Source: Pseudomonadota bacterium (GTDB taxonomy: Bacteria > Pseudomonadota > Alphaproteobacteria > Caulobacterales > Hyphomonadaceae). From it: a DNA stretch of 64,000 nt. A program made the position numbers and the translations under genes. The DNA lies in NCBI GenBank assembly GCA_039191105.1, contig JBCCXW010000001.1, positions 23,353 to 87,352 of the forward strand. Direction: 5' to 3'. Below, one piece after another: positions 1-9,389 of the stretch; within the stretch, counting starts at the first letter, position 1, and each line of letters starts with the position of its first letter. The notes beneath the pieces are model-generated. The model did not search any database. It saw only the letters and a list, made by a program, of their open reading frames with translations, and was not told the DNA's origin.

Positions 1-192
1 GCTACAGTCCTAGCTCCATTCTTGCTTATGCAACCTGCGATGGGGGCCGGGGTGGCCGCCAGCTTGACACCTGATCCTATGGCAGCGCGCATCAGCAGTT
101 TCATCAATCACGCTTGCTTTGGGCTCTCACTTTATTTGGCAGGCCAGCTCTTGGCGCTCTGGGGACCAAAAACGGACCATCTACATGAGTAG
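1..192 (+). CDS. DUF2938-family membrane protein, 3' part (5' end outside window)
   Basis: Manual frame-1 translation ATVLAPFLLMQPAMGAGVAASLTPDPMAARISSFINHACFGLSLYLAG...HE* matches the APFLxMQPAMGAGxAAS..P.P..AR..S...H..FG pattern; not in the ORF track. Confidence 0.7.
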   Translation, partial: ATVLAPFLLMQPAMGAGVAASLTPDPMAARISSFINHACFGLSLYLAGQLLALWGPKTDHLHE

Positions 193-634
193 CTCTCCGC
201 TCTTATCCCCTGCGACCACAGGCATCATTCTCTGTTGCGACGATATTGTACGCCCTGTGCATGACTGGCTTTCAGAATTGAAAGACTCCTCGCTCAATTT
301 CGCGAAAGACTGTGGGATCTCATTTAAGGAGACTTTCGTAAACACCGCGGTCAGTAAACCGACTACTGAAACATCGCCCCTCGCGGCCCTCCATTTTCGG
401 TCTCTCTTGCTTGTTGGCGGAACACTCGAGCTAGCTGTTACGCAAATAGCTATCCAGGCGATTCTCGAAGGGCATGACGTATTCGTTCTAACCGACTTGG
501 TCTCTACACAGTCTGAAATTGACAAACCCGTGCTCTTAGATCGGCTTCGATTTCGCGGTGTCGACATCATAACGTCTGCTCAAGCCAGAATTGAGCTCAA
601 ATCCTATCCGGTTGATTTGCAGATCAATGATTAA
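185..634 (+). CDS. Isochorismatase-like (cysteine hydrolase fold) protein, probably divergent
   Basis: LLLVGGTLELAV...AILEGHDVFVLTDLVST...LDRLRFRGVDII resembles the isochorismatase C-terminal half; ATG 185 overlaps the upstream stop. Confidence 0.5.
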   Translation: MSSSPLLSPATTGIILCCDDIVRPVHDWLSELKDSSLNFAKDCGISFKETFVNTAVSKPTTETSPLAALHFRSLLLVGGTLELAVTQIAIQAILEGHDVFVLTDLVSTQSEIDKPVLLDRLRFRGVDIITSAQARIELKSYPVDLQIND

Positions 635-720
635 CTCTGAGCAGAGCGCGAACCATCGCAGTCTAAACAGCGACCAATGAATCTTCCCATCAGTCAGGTG
701 GGCGGACGGTGCGTCTGCCA

Positions 721-819
721 GAGCGCGGCCGCCGTGCAAGGGGGCGGGGCTTTGTGATCTGTGATCGTCTTTAGGCGTCCTACCTACGGCTTCCCCTTGC
801 GCGCCGCCCTGATGCGCTC
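721..819 (+). promoter_or_regulatory. Stem-loop leader upstream of ardA (ssDNA-promoter-like)
   Basis: Nested inverted repeats GAGCGC 721-726/GCGCTC 814-819 and GCAAGGGG 736-743/CCCCTTGC 793-800. Confidence 0.45.
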
Positions 820-887
820 CGGCTGAGCACCTTCTCGCCGCCCACCCGACTGTCGGGAAAAGAACGCGGGCGGGGAAGGAGACTGAC

Positions 888-1259
888 ATGACGTACCAAC
901 TCGCCACTGCTGCACCTGTTGCAGCCAGCGCTGCACCCGCGCGAACCGATAGACCGCGCATCTACGTGGCCTGCCTTGCAGCCTACAATGATGGCTGCCT
1001 GCACGGACGATGGATCGACGCGACCACACCTGACGAGATTTGGGAAAAGGTGCGCGCCGCCTTCGACGAATACGCGGGCGAGTATCGCAGCGCGGCAGAG
1101 TTTGCGGAGCAGCTGCATGAGGACGCCGGAACTGAGATTCCCGAAAGCCTTCGCTATTACATCGACTGGCAGGCACTGGCCCGCGACATGGCGCTGAATG
1201 GCGAGATCATGGTGTTCCAGACGGGCTTTGATGAAGTCCATGTGTTCTGGACCAAGTGA
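888..1259 (+). CDS. ardA: ArdA antirestriction protein, short (apparent in-frame internal deletion)
   Basis: PRIYVACLAAYNDGCLHGRWIDA N-terminal motif and YYIDWQALARDM C-terminal motif; AAGGAG RBS; only 123 aa. Confidence 0.85.
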   Translation: MTYQLATAAPVAASAAPARTDRPRIYVACLAAYNDGCLHGRWIDATTPDEIWEKVRAAFDEYAGEYRSAAEFAEQLHEDAGTEIPESLRYYIDWQALARDMALNGEIMVFQTGFDEVHVFWTK

Positions 1260-1433
1260 CTGAGATTCGCCAGGAGCGGACCTATAAGTAGTCTCGATCA
1301 GCGTTTTAGATGGGCGATCTTCGGACGCACGTCATGGGAACGTCAGATTCCAGAAACGGTGGCTTGGCGCGATTATTCAATACAATTGTTAGCGGTTGTT
1401 CTAGTTGGATCTGAATCCGACAAAGGAACGAAT

Positions 1434-2231
1434 ATGCTCCGAAACGAAATCGAAGTTCTTAACAACCACAAGCGATTCGCGGCATATGCGATTGTGTTAT
1501 TCGTTTGTGGTTCTCTCGTCGCCTATCTCGGCCTGGTGCAAGCCTTTGACTTTCCTGATATCCTGCGAAGGTCACCGCAAGAGATCCTTGTAAAATTCCA
1601 CGCGAACGAGACATGGGTAAGAGCGTTCTATTACATCTTTGCGGTTAGCCATTTGGTGCTCGCAGCAGCGGTGTTGGTGAGTGCGAGAGCCCTAAAAGTC
1701 GCGGAGGGACCATGGCTGACAATAGCGGTCGCTGGCGGTGTTGCTTATGCGCTTACACAAACGATCGGTTTCCTGCGTTGGCCCTTTCTCGTCCCTCAAT
1801 TTGCTGACATGGCAACCAACGCAGAGAGCACTGCATCCTTAGAGGCGGCACTTCCAATTCTAGAGGCCTTTCACCGCTATGCCGGTATCGCTATTGGGGA
1901 AAATCTAAGTTTCTGGGCGATGTCTGCGTGGCTTGTTGGAATGGGCGTCACCCTGCGGAACCCGATAATTGGACATCGGAAGATTGGTGGCTTGTGGATC
2001 GCCACAGGTTGCGCAGTTATGGTCTACACATTCGAGCAATTCGGAGGAGCATTTAGCGTCCTGTCGCCACTTCTATTAACGACGCATGGCATCGCATATG
2101 GGCTTCTAATCCTTTTTGCTTGGAGCACTTTAGAAAGCACAGACGGCGAAGCCATTGGCCGTATTCATCCGATGCCGTTAGTGCTTGTTAGCCTATTCAG
2201 TATCACGATAATCGCACCCGGGATTATCTGA
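1434..2231 (+). CDS. DUF4386-family multi-pass membrane protein
   Basis: FDFPDILRR.P.EIL..F motif and IGFLRWPFLVP; several TM helices; AAAGGA RBS before ATG 1434. Confidence 0.65.
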   Translation: MLRNEIEVLNNHKRFAAYAIVLFVCGSLVAYLGLVQAFDFPDILRRSPQEILVKFHANETWVRAFYYIFAVSHLVLAAAVLVSARALKVAEGPWLTIAVAGGVAYALTQTIGFLRWPFLVPQFADMATNAESTASLEAALPILEAFHRYAGIAIGENLSFWAMSAWLVGMGVTLRNPIIGHRKIGGLWIATGCAVMVYTFEQFGGAFSVLSPLLLTTHGIAYGLLILFAWSTLESTDGEAIGRIHPMPLVLVSLFSITIIAPGII

Positions 2232-2234
2232 TAG

Positions 2235-3164
2235 ATGTCTTTCACAAGCTCAATACTCGCCAATCTGTCGATGCAGTCGTTTCGAAAGAACCTGCCGGAG
2301 TTTGACGATCAATTGGGTGAACTTCCGGACCACTACGCAAATGCAAAAAGTGACGCAGACCAAAAAAAACAGGTGCTTGCATTTGTATTCGATCGCTTTG
2401 GCCCAGTTCCTATTCTGATGGTGGGGCGCTCAATTGGCTCAGTCGCAGAGATGCCGCCAGTTGAGGCCTTACTGTCTTCAAGCACGCCGACCGTACTTGC
2501 TGAAAAATGGATGCGTATGGAGCAGTATTATCACTCCAACCATCGAACCCAGATCAAGGTCAACTCTACGCAATTCACTTGCCACCGCACCACTAAGAGT
2601 GGTGCTGATTCGCACCCAGCAGAAGACATTTTGATCTTCGGTGTTCTTATCGGACTGCTCCGATTGTACGGATGCGAAGGCGTTCTAGGGCGTATGGAGC
2701 CAATAATCGACGATGGCCAGTCGCCGATAAAAACAATAGCTCGACCTTCTGATACGAAGAACTGGACTGTGACATGGACCTCAGCACCTGAACCCACTCC
2801 CAGGCTTCAACACGCAGCGGGGCGTACCGACGTTCCGATCGATACGCTACTGAAGCAGATGTTCATGAAGGACAGTGCACGGAATTGGTCGATCGCTGAG
2901 GCGGCGAGATCAGTCGGTCGATCTTCTCGCTCGCTTCAGCGTGATATCAAGCAAACGGGACACACTTTTTCGAGCATTGTGAGAGCGGCGCGCTCCCAAC
3001 AGGCCGGCAGGCTGCTTTCCCGAACAAACTGGGAATTGGCTGAGATTGGATTTTGCTGTGGTTACGCCGATCAAGCACATTTCCAAAGAGATTTCTGCCG
3101 TGCCCTCAATATGACACCAGCCGAATTTCGACGTTTGCAGTCTGTTGAACCTAGAACCGACTAG
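2235..3164 (+). CDS. AraC-family transcriptional regulator
   Basis: C-terminal double HTH: WSIAEAARSVGRSSRSLQR...LAEIGFCCGYADQAHFQRDF. Confidence 0.9.
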   Translation: MSFTSSILANLSMQSFRKNLPEFDDQLGELPDHYANAKSDADQKKQVLAFVFDRFGPVPILMVGRSIGSVAEMPPVEALLSSSTPTVLAEKWMRMEQYYHSNHRTQIKVNSTQFTCHRTTKSGADSHPAEDILIFGVLIGLLRLYGCEGVLGRMEPIIDDGQSPIKTIARPSDTKNWTVTWTSAPEPTPRLQHAAGRTDVPIDTLLKQMFMKDSARNWSIAEAARSVGRSSRSLQRDIKQTGHTFSSIVRAARSQQAGRLLSRTNWELAEIGFCCGYADQAHFQRDFCRALNMTPAEFRRLQSVEPRTD

Positions 3165-3233
3165 CCGGTAATCGATGTCTGGGAGAAATCGTCCCAAACG
3201 AAGCGTTGGAATTGCACGGCGTTCAAGGATCAT

Positions 3234-3761
3234 CTAGCGAAGTGGCTCTTCCTCCGTGGCCGCGGCCTCGAAATAGGATTTAAGAGCCGTATTCATGTCG
3301 TCATAGCCTTGTGTCAAGACGTCGACCGGCAGGTCGGCAAAGCCGATGAACAAACCGCTAAAGCGCTCCGTATGCGAAAGCTCTGTGATGTCGTCCGGTC
3401 CTAGCGCTAAGTCAAATCTGTGTTCGCCGCGAAATACGCCCGGCACGCCGCCACCCCAGACCAGCGTCCGACAGGGCTCAACCTCCAGCACGCGAACATG
3501 GGGAACATCAACAACCTTGCCGTCAGGCCGGGATACCCGAACCTCCAGCGGCGCACCGACCTCAAGCGTCCCCTCAACGCGAACATGATAGGGGTTCCAG
3601 TCAGGGTAACGATCAAAGTCTGCGAGAACATCGTATACCGCACAAGGCTGCGCATCGATTTCAATGGCCGTATCAATTGACTTTGTTGTCGTGCATGCGC
3701 TTGCCGCACATAAGACCGGCAACATCCAAAACCGTCGTAACCAGATAGCGACATTGATCAT
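3234..3761 (-). CDS. SRPBCC/polyketide-cyclase-domain lipoprotein
   Basis: Lipobox-like ASAC; IEIDAQP..VYDVLADFDRYPDWNP; LVWGG...FRGEHRF. Confidence 0.8.
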   Translation of the reverse strand: MINVAIWLRRFWMLPVLCAASACTTTKSIDTAIEIDAQPCAVYDVLADFDRYPDWNPYHVRVEGTLEVGAPLEVRVSRPDGKVVDVPHVRVLEVEPCRTLVWGGGVPGVFRGEHRFDLALGPDDITELSHTERFSGLFIGFADLPVDVLTQGYDDMNTALKSYFEAAATEEEPLR

Positions 3762-4651
3762 GAGCTTATTTCCTTTCCTAGCTTAGGATCGGAGATGACC
3801 TTCGCGATCAGGCCGGGAACGCGGTCCATCAATTCGAGATGGCCAGCGGACGGTAGCGTCATCAGGTAAGCTTGAGGCAGTCGATCGCGCTTCCACAAAG
3901 CGTAAGAGTGGGGCGCAAATAGATCATCCGTTCCATGAAAAATATGAACTTGTATTGCGATGTCTGCTAGGTCGAATCCCCAAGGCAGATATCGCAGGCG
4001 CGCGTCTGCAGCCCCTCCGGCAACGCCTTGATTTAACGCCTCAAGAAGGCTCTCTTGAAATCTCTGCAGATTGTCCGACGTACTTAGCCAGGTTCGGTCC
4101 GCCTCGCTGAGAGACGTCGACAGGAGACGCATGAGCCAGGTCGGAGATGTCGCGGCCCATTTTATCAGACGAAAGCTGACGCCGAAGAGCCAGGGCGTAT
4201 GCTGCGCAATCCAACGATAGGCTTTATCCAGTGGTGCCATCGACGATTTGAGCGCCGTATGTTCGCCTACCGGCGCCCAGCCTGCAACGTCAATTGCGAA
4301 CTGGATCCGGTCTGGCGCGATATAAGCGACGCTATAAAGAGTGGCCGCGCCGCCAGATAGACTGCTGATGCTGAACGTGCCAAAGCCAAGCGCATCGGCC
4401 ACCTCCAGTACATCACGAGCGTAGTCAAGCAGCGTGTAGGCGCCACAGAAATTGGATTGACCCATGCCGGGCCGGTCCATAGAAACAATCTGTAGCCCCG
4501 ATACACGCGCCTCCTCGTCGCAGTTTCTCAATTCAAGCCGCGATCCCGGCGATCCGTGGAAATAAAAGACGGGGTGTCCGCTCGGTGCTCCATACCTCGC
4601 ATAGGCGACACGCTGTCCTGAGCGTAGTTTGTGATAGTGGACTTTGCTCAT
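3758..4651 (-). CDS. Alpha/beta-fold hydrolase
   Basis: YFHGSPGSRL, DRPGMGQS, nucleophile elbow SLSGG, HGTDDLFAP, AGH. Confidence 0.9.
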   Translation of the reverse strand: MSKVHYHKLRSGQRVAYARYGAPSGHPVFYFHGSPGSRLELRNCDEEARVSGLQIVSMDRPGMGQSNFCGAYTLLDYARDVLEVADALGFGTFSISSLSGGAATLYSVAYIAPDRIQFAIDVAGWAPVGEHTALKSSMAPLDKAYRWIAQHTPWLFGVSFRLIKWAATSPTWLMRLLSTSLSEADRTWLSTSDNLQRFQESLLEALNQGVAGGAADARLRYLPWGFDLADIAIQVHIFHGTDDLFAPHSYALWKRDRLPQAYLMTLPSAGHLELMDRVPGLIAKVISDPKLGKEISS

Positions 4652-4665
4652 CGCCAGTAGACGCC

Positions 4666-5460
4666 CTATCCGATTCCGATCAGCGTCAAATGGAAACCAA
4701 TATGGGTCGCCATTGACGCTTCCAGAGAGTGCAAAACGAACACCACTGCGAAGAGCGAAGCGATCGCCGCATTCAGTAAGACCGTCTTTGCAAGGAATAT
4801 AGTTGGCGCATCAGGCACGAACGCCATGATCGCTGGCAAATGGCCTAAGCCAAATACAACCGACGATAGGATGATCGCGAGGCCAAGAGCCGATAATCTA
4901 CGTTTAAGCAGGGTATTGGCGGTCATCGCCACACCGCTCAACAAACCATACCGCGTGAGGATTTCTTCAGTAACGCCGCCATAGGCCAGCCGCATCATCG
5001 GCGTCGCTAGCGCCTCCAGTTCTGTTAGCTGAGCTTCATGTGCTGACTGAAACGACCCGAGGAGCGGCAGCTGTTTGGTCAGCGTCATGTCTATGAAACC
5101 AAAAGCTATGCCGCACACCATGCCGATAAAAAGAAAGATAAGCATCGAGGCGCCGAAGGGTGGGATGCCATCGACAATAATTGAACGCAGGCCCAGTTGG
5201 GGCGTCGCCCAGTAGCCGATACCGGCTGCGATCAGCGACAGCAAACTCACCTGAATTATCGACAGGGTCTTCAGCTGATACGGTTTAAGTCCTGTCTCTA
5301 AAACGATGTTAGTGGGTATCTCGAACGAGATTAGTCCGGCGCAGGCGCAAGCGACGCCAAGCGCGACAAGGGCAAAAGCGCCGAGCCGGCGACGCCGGGC
5401 GACCTTCGGTGAGCGCGCCATTCTTTCCGCCTCAAGCAACGGCGTTCTGTTGGGGCTCAT
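4666..5460 (-). CDS. CPBP-family (CAAX/Abi) intramembrane glutamic endopeptidase
   Basis: GGVTEEILTR, VFGLGHLP, HIGFH motifs; ATG 5460 overlaps the upstream TGA. Confidence 0.85.
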   Translation of the reverse strand: MSPNRTPLLEAERMARSPKVARRRRLGAFALVALGVACACAGLISFEIPTNIVLETGLKPYQLKTLSIIQVSLLSLIAAGIGYWATPQLGLRSIIVDGIPPFGASMLIFLFIGMVCGIAFGFIDMTLTKQLPLLGSFQSAHEAQLTELEALATPMMRLAYGGVTEEILTRYGLLSGVAMTANTLLKRRLSALGLAIILSSVVFGLGHLPAIMAFVPDAPTIFLAKTVLLNAAIASLFAVVFVLHSLEASMATHIGFHLTLIGIG

Positions 5461-5966
5461 GACGGCATCAGACCTTTTTCCGCCAGCACGGCGATCGCGG
5501 CCCAACGCTCAACCGGTTGGTCGAAATAGGCAATAATCGCACCGCTTGAGTTCCGGTAGCGCAGCGTTCGGCCGTCAAAGTGATAGAGGGCGGCGCCAGA
5601 ACGCACCGAGGCGCGCAGCGTGCGGTTGTCAAAATGGATGAGGCGCGCCCCCTTAGCGTTGTAGGAGCGGACGGTATCGCCATCAAAATAGTAGACTGAC
5701 GAGCCACGAAGATCGTGGTTGCGCAATCTCGCGCCGTCAAACGCGAAGATCTGCGCACCGCACGCGTCGCGATACCGCAGGATCGATCCGTCCACATAGT
5801 AGAGACGCGCACCCGTCGCATTCTGGTCGCGAACGGCGACTCCGGTGTTCGGCTTTGTACAGCCGATCTCCAACACTGAAGGCTGCTCGGATGTCGTTGC
5901 ACATGCGCCGAGAAGGAGAGCTGCAAACGTCGCGGCTAGTATATCGCTGTTCTTCATTAAGCTCAT
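5457..5966 (-). CDS. Lipoprotein with five tandem 18-aa beta repeats
   Basis: LLLGAC lipobox; repeats GARLYYVDGSILRYRDAC / GAQIFAFDGARLRNHDLR / GSSVYYFDGDTVRSYNAK / GARLIHFDNRTLRASVRS / GAALYHFDGRTLRYRNSS. Confidence 0.75.
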   Translation of the reverse strand: MSLMKNSDILAATFAALLLGACATTSEQPSVLEIGCTKPNTGVAVRDQNATGARLYYVDGSILRYRDACGAQIFAFDGARLRNHDLRGSSVYYFDGDTVRSYNAKGARLIHFDNRTLRASVRSGAALYHFDGRTLRYRNSSGAIIAYFDQPVERWAAIAVLAEKGLMPS

Positions 5967-6017
5967 ACCTGTTTGATTGCTATGTATTCAGTCGCCGCCG
6001 GAACGGCGCGTTCAAAG

Positions 6018-6560
6018 TCAAGATGGCTGATCGCCATCGTCCTCGCCGATCCATTCCGTCAGCAGGTTTTCAAATGTGGCAGGCACATCAGAGAGCGACT
6101 TCACCGCAAATGCGCCGCCCTCTTGTCGGCGCTCAGAGGCCGCAAATCTCAATTCTCCAGAGCCTACATCTGTGACACGAATCGTCGCGTGGACATCGGT
6201 GTTCGTGGACCAGAGAACAGGAACTGAAAGAACAAGTTCGGGGCCGAATTCCCGCAGCGTGATTTCGACGCGCGTATCGACGGCGCCTTTAACGGCGTCG
6301 TCTTCCTCAACATATTGGCCACATGGAATGTCTTGAAACACATTCCGAATGACGTCTCTTGCCATGCGTTCGCGTTCGATGGGCTCTTTCTGGTCGGAAC
6401 GCCATTGGGTCTTCAACATCACGTGCGTCACGCCTAGATCAACGCCGGGCGCACATATCGGCACTGATCTATCTTCAACGTGATGCCGTGTTTCCACGCT
6501 TGCGCAGCTACACAGGCTGGGCAAAGCGATGAACAAAAGACCTTTCATTGAAACGGCCAT
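6018..6560 (-). CDS. Hypothetical lipoprotein
   Basis: LCSC lipobox-like signal; first gene of the 6560-3234 minus-strand run. Confidence 0.6.
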   Translation of the reverse strand: MAVSMKGLLFIALPSLCSCASVETRHHVEDRSVPICAPGVDLGVTHVMLKTQWRSDQKEPIERERMARDVIRNVFQDIPCGQYVEEDDAVKGAVDTRVEITLREFGPELVLSVPVLWSTNTDVHATIRVTDVGSGELRFAASERRQEGGAFAVKSLSDVPATFENLLTEWIGEDDGDQPS

Positions 6561-7068
6561 GAGCGAAAAGCACCTTTCAATATTCAGTGGTGACGTTGCG
6601 TGGTCATATGGCGGAGTCAGAGCCCAGTATTGAAGGATCGCGCCAAAAGGCGTGCGCGTCGAGCAAGTGTCTGTTTTGGCGGGTCGGCCCGATCTCGATC
6701 ATGCGAGAAGTTTGACTGCGTCGAAGTCGATGGAGAACCGCGAATTTCACCCCACCGGGTCGCACCAGGACAACTGGTCATCCGAAGGCCCCTTGCATTC
6801 GGATTTTGAGCCACAAGGCCGTTTTGAGGCGAATGATCGTTAAAGCGCCACTGACTTTTTAAGGGTGCCGATTCAACCGCTCGCCCTGGCCATCACCAAT
6901 CACAGAAGAGGGCCAAACTCCGCCTGATAACGTTTTTTTCGTATCAATCCGAACTACCGGCCAGCGTGAGTTCATCCGTTTCGCGCTGATCGGCTCTCAT
7001 CCCCTTGTTCCCGTCTCATGCCGCGTGACCTGGCCGACGCCTGACGGTCTTTGAAACCAGCCATTCAA

Positions 7069-7230
7069 GAAAACTTCCCCGCCGCTTTGCGGCTCCTTGC
7101 GAAACAAGTTTTCTGGCATGACCGGTGCTCCACGTCGTTTCGCCCGCAAGCGGTTCAAGGCAGTCCGGCTCCGTCCTAACGGTCCGGCGTCGACGGGGAC
7201 AAGGGGTCCCCCAAGACACATGGAAACGAA
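7069..7230 (+). promoter_or_regulatory. Structured leader upstream of DUF736 gene
   Basis: GAAAACTT 7069-7076/AAGTTTTC 7106-7113 enclosing GCCGC-TTT-GCGGC hairpin; CCGC-AA-GCGG hairpin; AAAGGA RBS. Confidence 0.4.
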
Positions 7231-7242
7231 AGGAACCACACC

Positions 7243-7566
7243 ATGGCCAATGCACTCGGATATGTCAGCGAAACCAAAACCGGCTTCGAAGGTGCCCTCG
7301 CAATGTTGAACCTTGCAGCAGCAATCCGCATCGAGAAGAACGCGGAAGAAGCCGCAGACGGACAACCTGACTACCGCATCTTCGCCGGAGAGACTTCAAC
7401 CGAAATCGGTGGCGGATGGCTTCGCAAAGCCAAAGCGAGCGGCAGAGAATATGTCTCCATCACCCTCGCAGACCCACAGATCGGCCCGCGCAAGATTTAC
7501 GCGAACCTTACTCCCGTGAAAGGCACAAAAGGTCGTCACGTGATCCTCTGGAACCCGCGCGACTAG
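7243..7566 (+). CDS. DUF736-family protein
   Basis: QPDYRIFAG...EIGGGW...GREYVSITLADPQIG motif typical of ICE DUF736. Confidence 0.85.
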   Translation: MANALGYVSETKTGFEGALAMLNLAAAIRIEKNAEEAADGQPDYRIFAGETSTEIGGGWLRKAKASGREYVSITLADPQIGPRKIYANLTPVKGTKGRHVILWNPRD

Positions 7567-7743
7567 AGATCAAATTCATCCTCAATAAGCCGCTCCTGAG
7601 TGTATCTCTGGAGCGGCATGTCTTTGTTTATTGTGCGTCTTTGGCACAGAACTTGCCGTGCTCACCTAAGGTAAATGGCGACCTCCGGCAGGCCGCTCAA
7701 GTTAAAACCTGTCGGTGTCATCATCCGTGAGATGGGGAACGCG

Positions 7744-8550
7744 ATGACGGGCGGGTACGGCTGGAATTATACAAAACGCTACTTTGACAGACTGCTGTGG
7801 TTGTCCAATTCAGGCTGGGCTTGGGAGTTTCGGCGACGCTTGCCGGGCCTGATTGGCGAAAGCCGGACCACCCGCCTCAAACTTATTCGACTGCTCCGAG
7901 ATGACGGATGCGAGCTTGTTCGCTTGCGCGCGCGCAGTCGCCGCGCTGAGCGGCACGGCCTTCATTATCTTCCCGATCCGAACCTCTCGGCCTACGAAAC
8001 ACCGGTGTTTTGGCTGCCAGAAGTGATGAGTACCAACCTCGAAGCCGCAGCCACTCTCGATGATCGCCTAAGAGCTTTGCCAGAGCCATTGTCGTGGCAA
8101 GACATACCGGGAAAGAAGACGCTTCTGATCGTCCCGGGCCGAAGAACGAAGCTTGCAATAGCGTCGAGGGGGTATGCGGCCCAACTCACAATCAACGAAA
8201 CATCATCACCGCTACCGCTCTCGATTTATCTGACACTGCACATGCAGGCGGGGACACGAATGCTGAAAAACCTCCAATGTCTGGACTGGTTCGCGCGGCA
8301 TTGTGCAGGGCTAAACTTCGACATCACACCCAAGCGTGGGTGCTCGCCAATGAAGCTGCGCGCCGCTCTAGTTGCCCTTGATGGCTGGCGCGCTAACGCC
8401 TCCCAGAGACAAATCGCGGAGGTTTTGTTCGGTCACGACGTGATTGCGAAGGATTGGCAAACCGGCGTCCATTCTTACAAATCCCGGACAAGGCGGTTGA
8501 TAAAAAAAGGCCGTGATCTCATGGAAAGGGACTACCTGACACTTCTCTAA
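7744..8550 (+). CDS. fseA: FseA-like transcriptional activator (DUF6499-DUF2285 in one ORF)
   Basis: WAWEFRRR (cf. AWEFLRRN) N-terminal motif; C-terminal LVALDGWRANASQRQIAEVLFG...W HTH; lies directly upstream of the rdfS-like gene; alternative start 7675. Confidence 0.75.
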   Translation: MTGGYGWNYTKRYFDRLLWLSNSGWAWEFRRRLPGLIGESRTTRLKLIRLLRDDGCELVRLRARSRRAERHGLHYLPDPNLSAYETPVFWLPEVMSTNLEAAATLDDRLRALPEPLSWQDIPGKKTLLIVPGRRTKLAIASRGYAAQLTINETSSPLPLSIYLTLHMQAGTRMLKNLQCLDWFARHCAGLNFDITPKRGCSPMKLRAALVALDGWRANASQRQIAEVLFGHDVIAKDWQTGVHSYKSRTRRLIKKGRDLMERDYLTLL

Positions 8551-8566
8551 CCGCCCGAATACGGGT

Positions 8567-8593
8567 GTCGTTTTCAGCGTCGGCGAAAACGAC
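8567..8593. repeat. Perfect 9-bp inverted repeat upstream of rdfS
   Basis: GTCGTTTTC-N9-GAAAACGAC; candidate activator site or terminator. Confidence 0.6.
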
Positions 8594-8661
8594 TCTGCCA
8601 AGGTCCCGCAATCTTTCGCAAGCTCGCACGCATCTCAACCAATGCAAAAAGGAGATGCGAA

Positions 8662-8889
8662 ATGGCGACACATTCGAGCGGCGGAGCCCATGCCAGTCCA
8701 TTTTTAAGAGCCGAGGCTGCAGCGGAATATCTAGGCCTAACCCGATCCACACTGGAGCATTATCGATGGGTTGGCGGCGGCCCCTGCTACCGAAAACATG
8801 GCGGTCTAGTTTTCTATCATATCGATGATCTGATCGAATGGTCCGAACGCCGCCGCTACCGCGACAGTGGCAACAAGGCTCCGAAATGA
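8662..8889 (+). CDS. rdfS: AlpA/MerR-like HTH excisionase (RdfS-like)
   Basis: FLRAEAAAEYLGLTRSTLEHYRWVGGGPCYRKHGGLVFYHIDDL..W; AAGGAG RBS. Confidence 0.85.
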   Translation: MATHSSGGAHASPFLRAEAAAEYLGLTRSTLEHYRWVGGGPCYRKHGGLVFYHIDDLIEWSERRRYRDSGNKAPK

Positions 8890-9386
8890 AGCGCATACGT
8901 ACAATAATTTTTGGCGTCGGTGCAGTGTTTATCTTGTCTGTTGGCAGCGTGATTTCTGTCACTGAACCGTTGATCTGGAACCGCACCGAAAGCGCGCCAT
9001 TAGGGCTTTACTGGCGGAGCGACGGGCCACTCACCCTGAACATGTGGGCCGTCGTCTCTGCCAATTCGGAGGCTGCAAACTGGGCGGCAGAGCGAGGTTA
9101 CATAGGCGCTGATTGGCCCATAATAAAGCGCGTCCGGGCAATGGAAGGCGACGAGGTTTGCCGGAAAGACTATGCGATTTCGATCAACGGTGAGCCCGTC
9201 GCTATTGCTCGTGAGCACGATCGCTCCAGCCGGGAATTACCGGTTTGGCAGGGTTGTTTCAGGCTTAAATCCCATGAGGTTTTTCTCCTGAATGACCACC
9301 CAAACTCTTTGGATGGTCGTTACTTCGGGGCGACCGATATGGACGATGTTAGAGGAACGGCGGCATTATTATGGAGCCGGAGATGA
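8886..9386 (+). CDS. traF: S26-family pilin-processing peptidase TraF
   Basis: WNRTESAPLGLY, IIKRVRA..GD.VCR, SLDGRYFG; ATGA overlap with rdfS. Confidence 0.85.
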   Translation: MKRIRTIIFGVGAVFILSVGSVISVTEPLIWNRTESAPLGLYWRSDGPLTLNMWAVVSANSEAANWAAERGYIGADWPIIKRVRAMEGDEVCRKDYAISINGEPVAIAREHDRSSRELPVWQGCFRLKSHEVFLLNDHPNSLDGRYFGATDMDDVRGTAALLWSRR

Positions 9387-9389
9387 CTG

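Noticed and set aside
6561-7060. Short ORFs between the lipoprotein operon and the DUF736 leader
   Set aside because: No recognisable protein; probably promoter DNA and decayed backbone.
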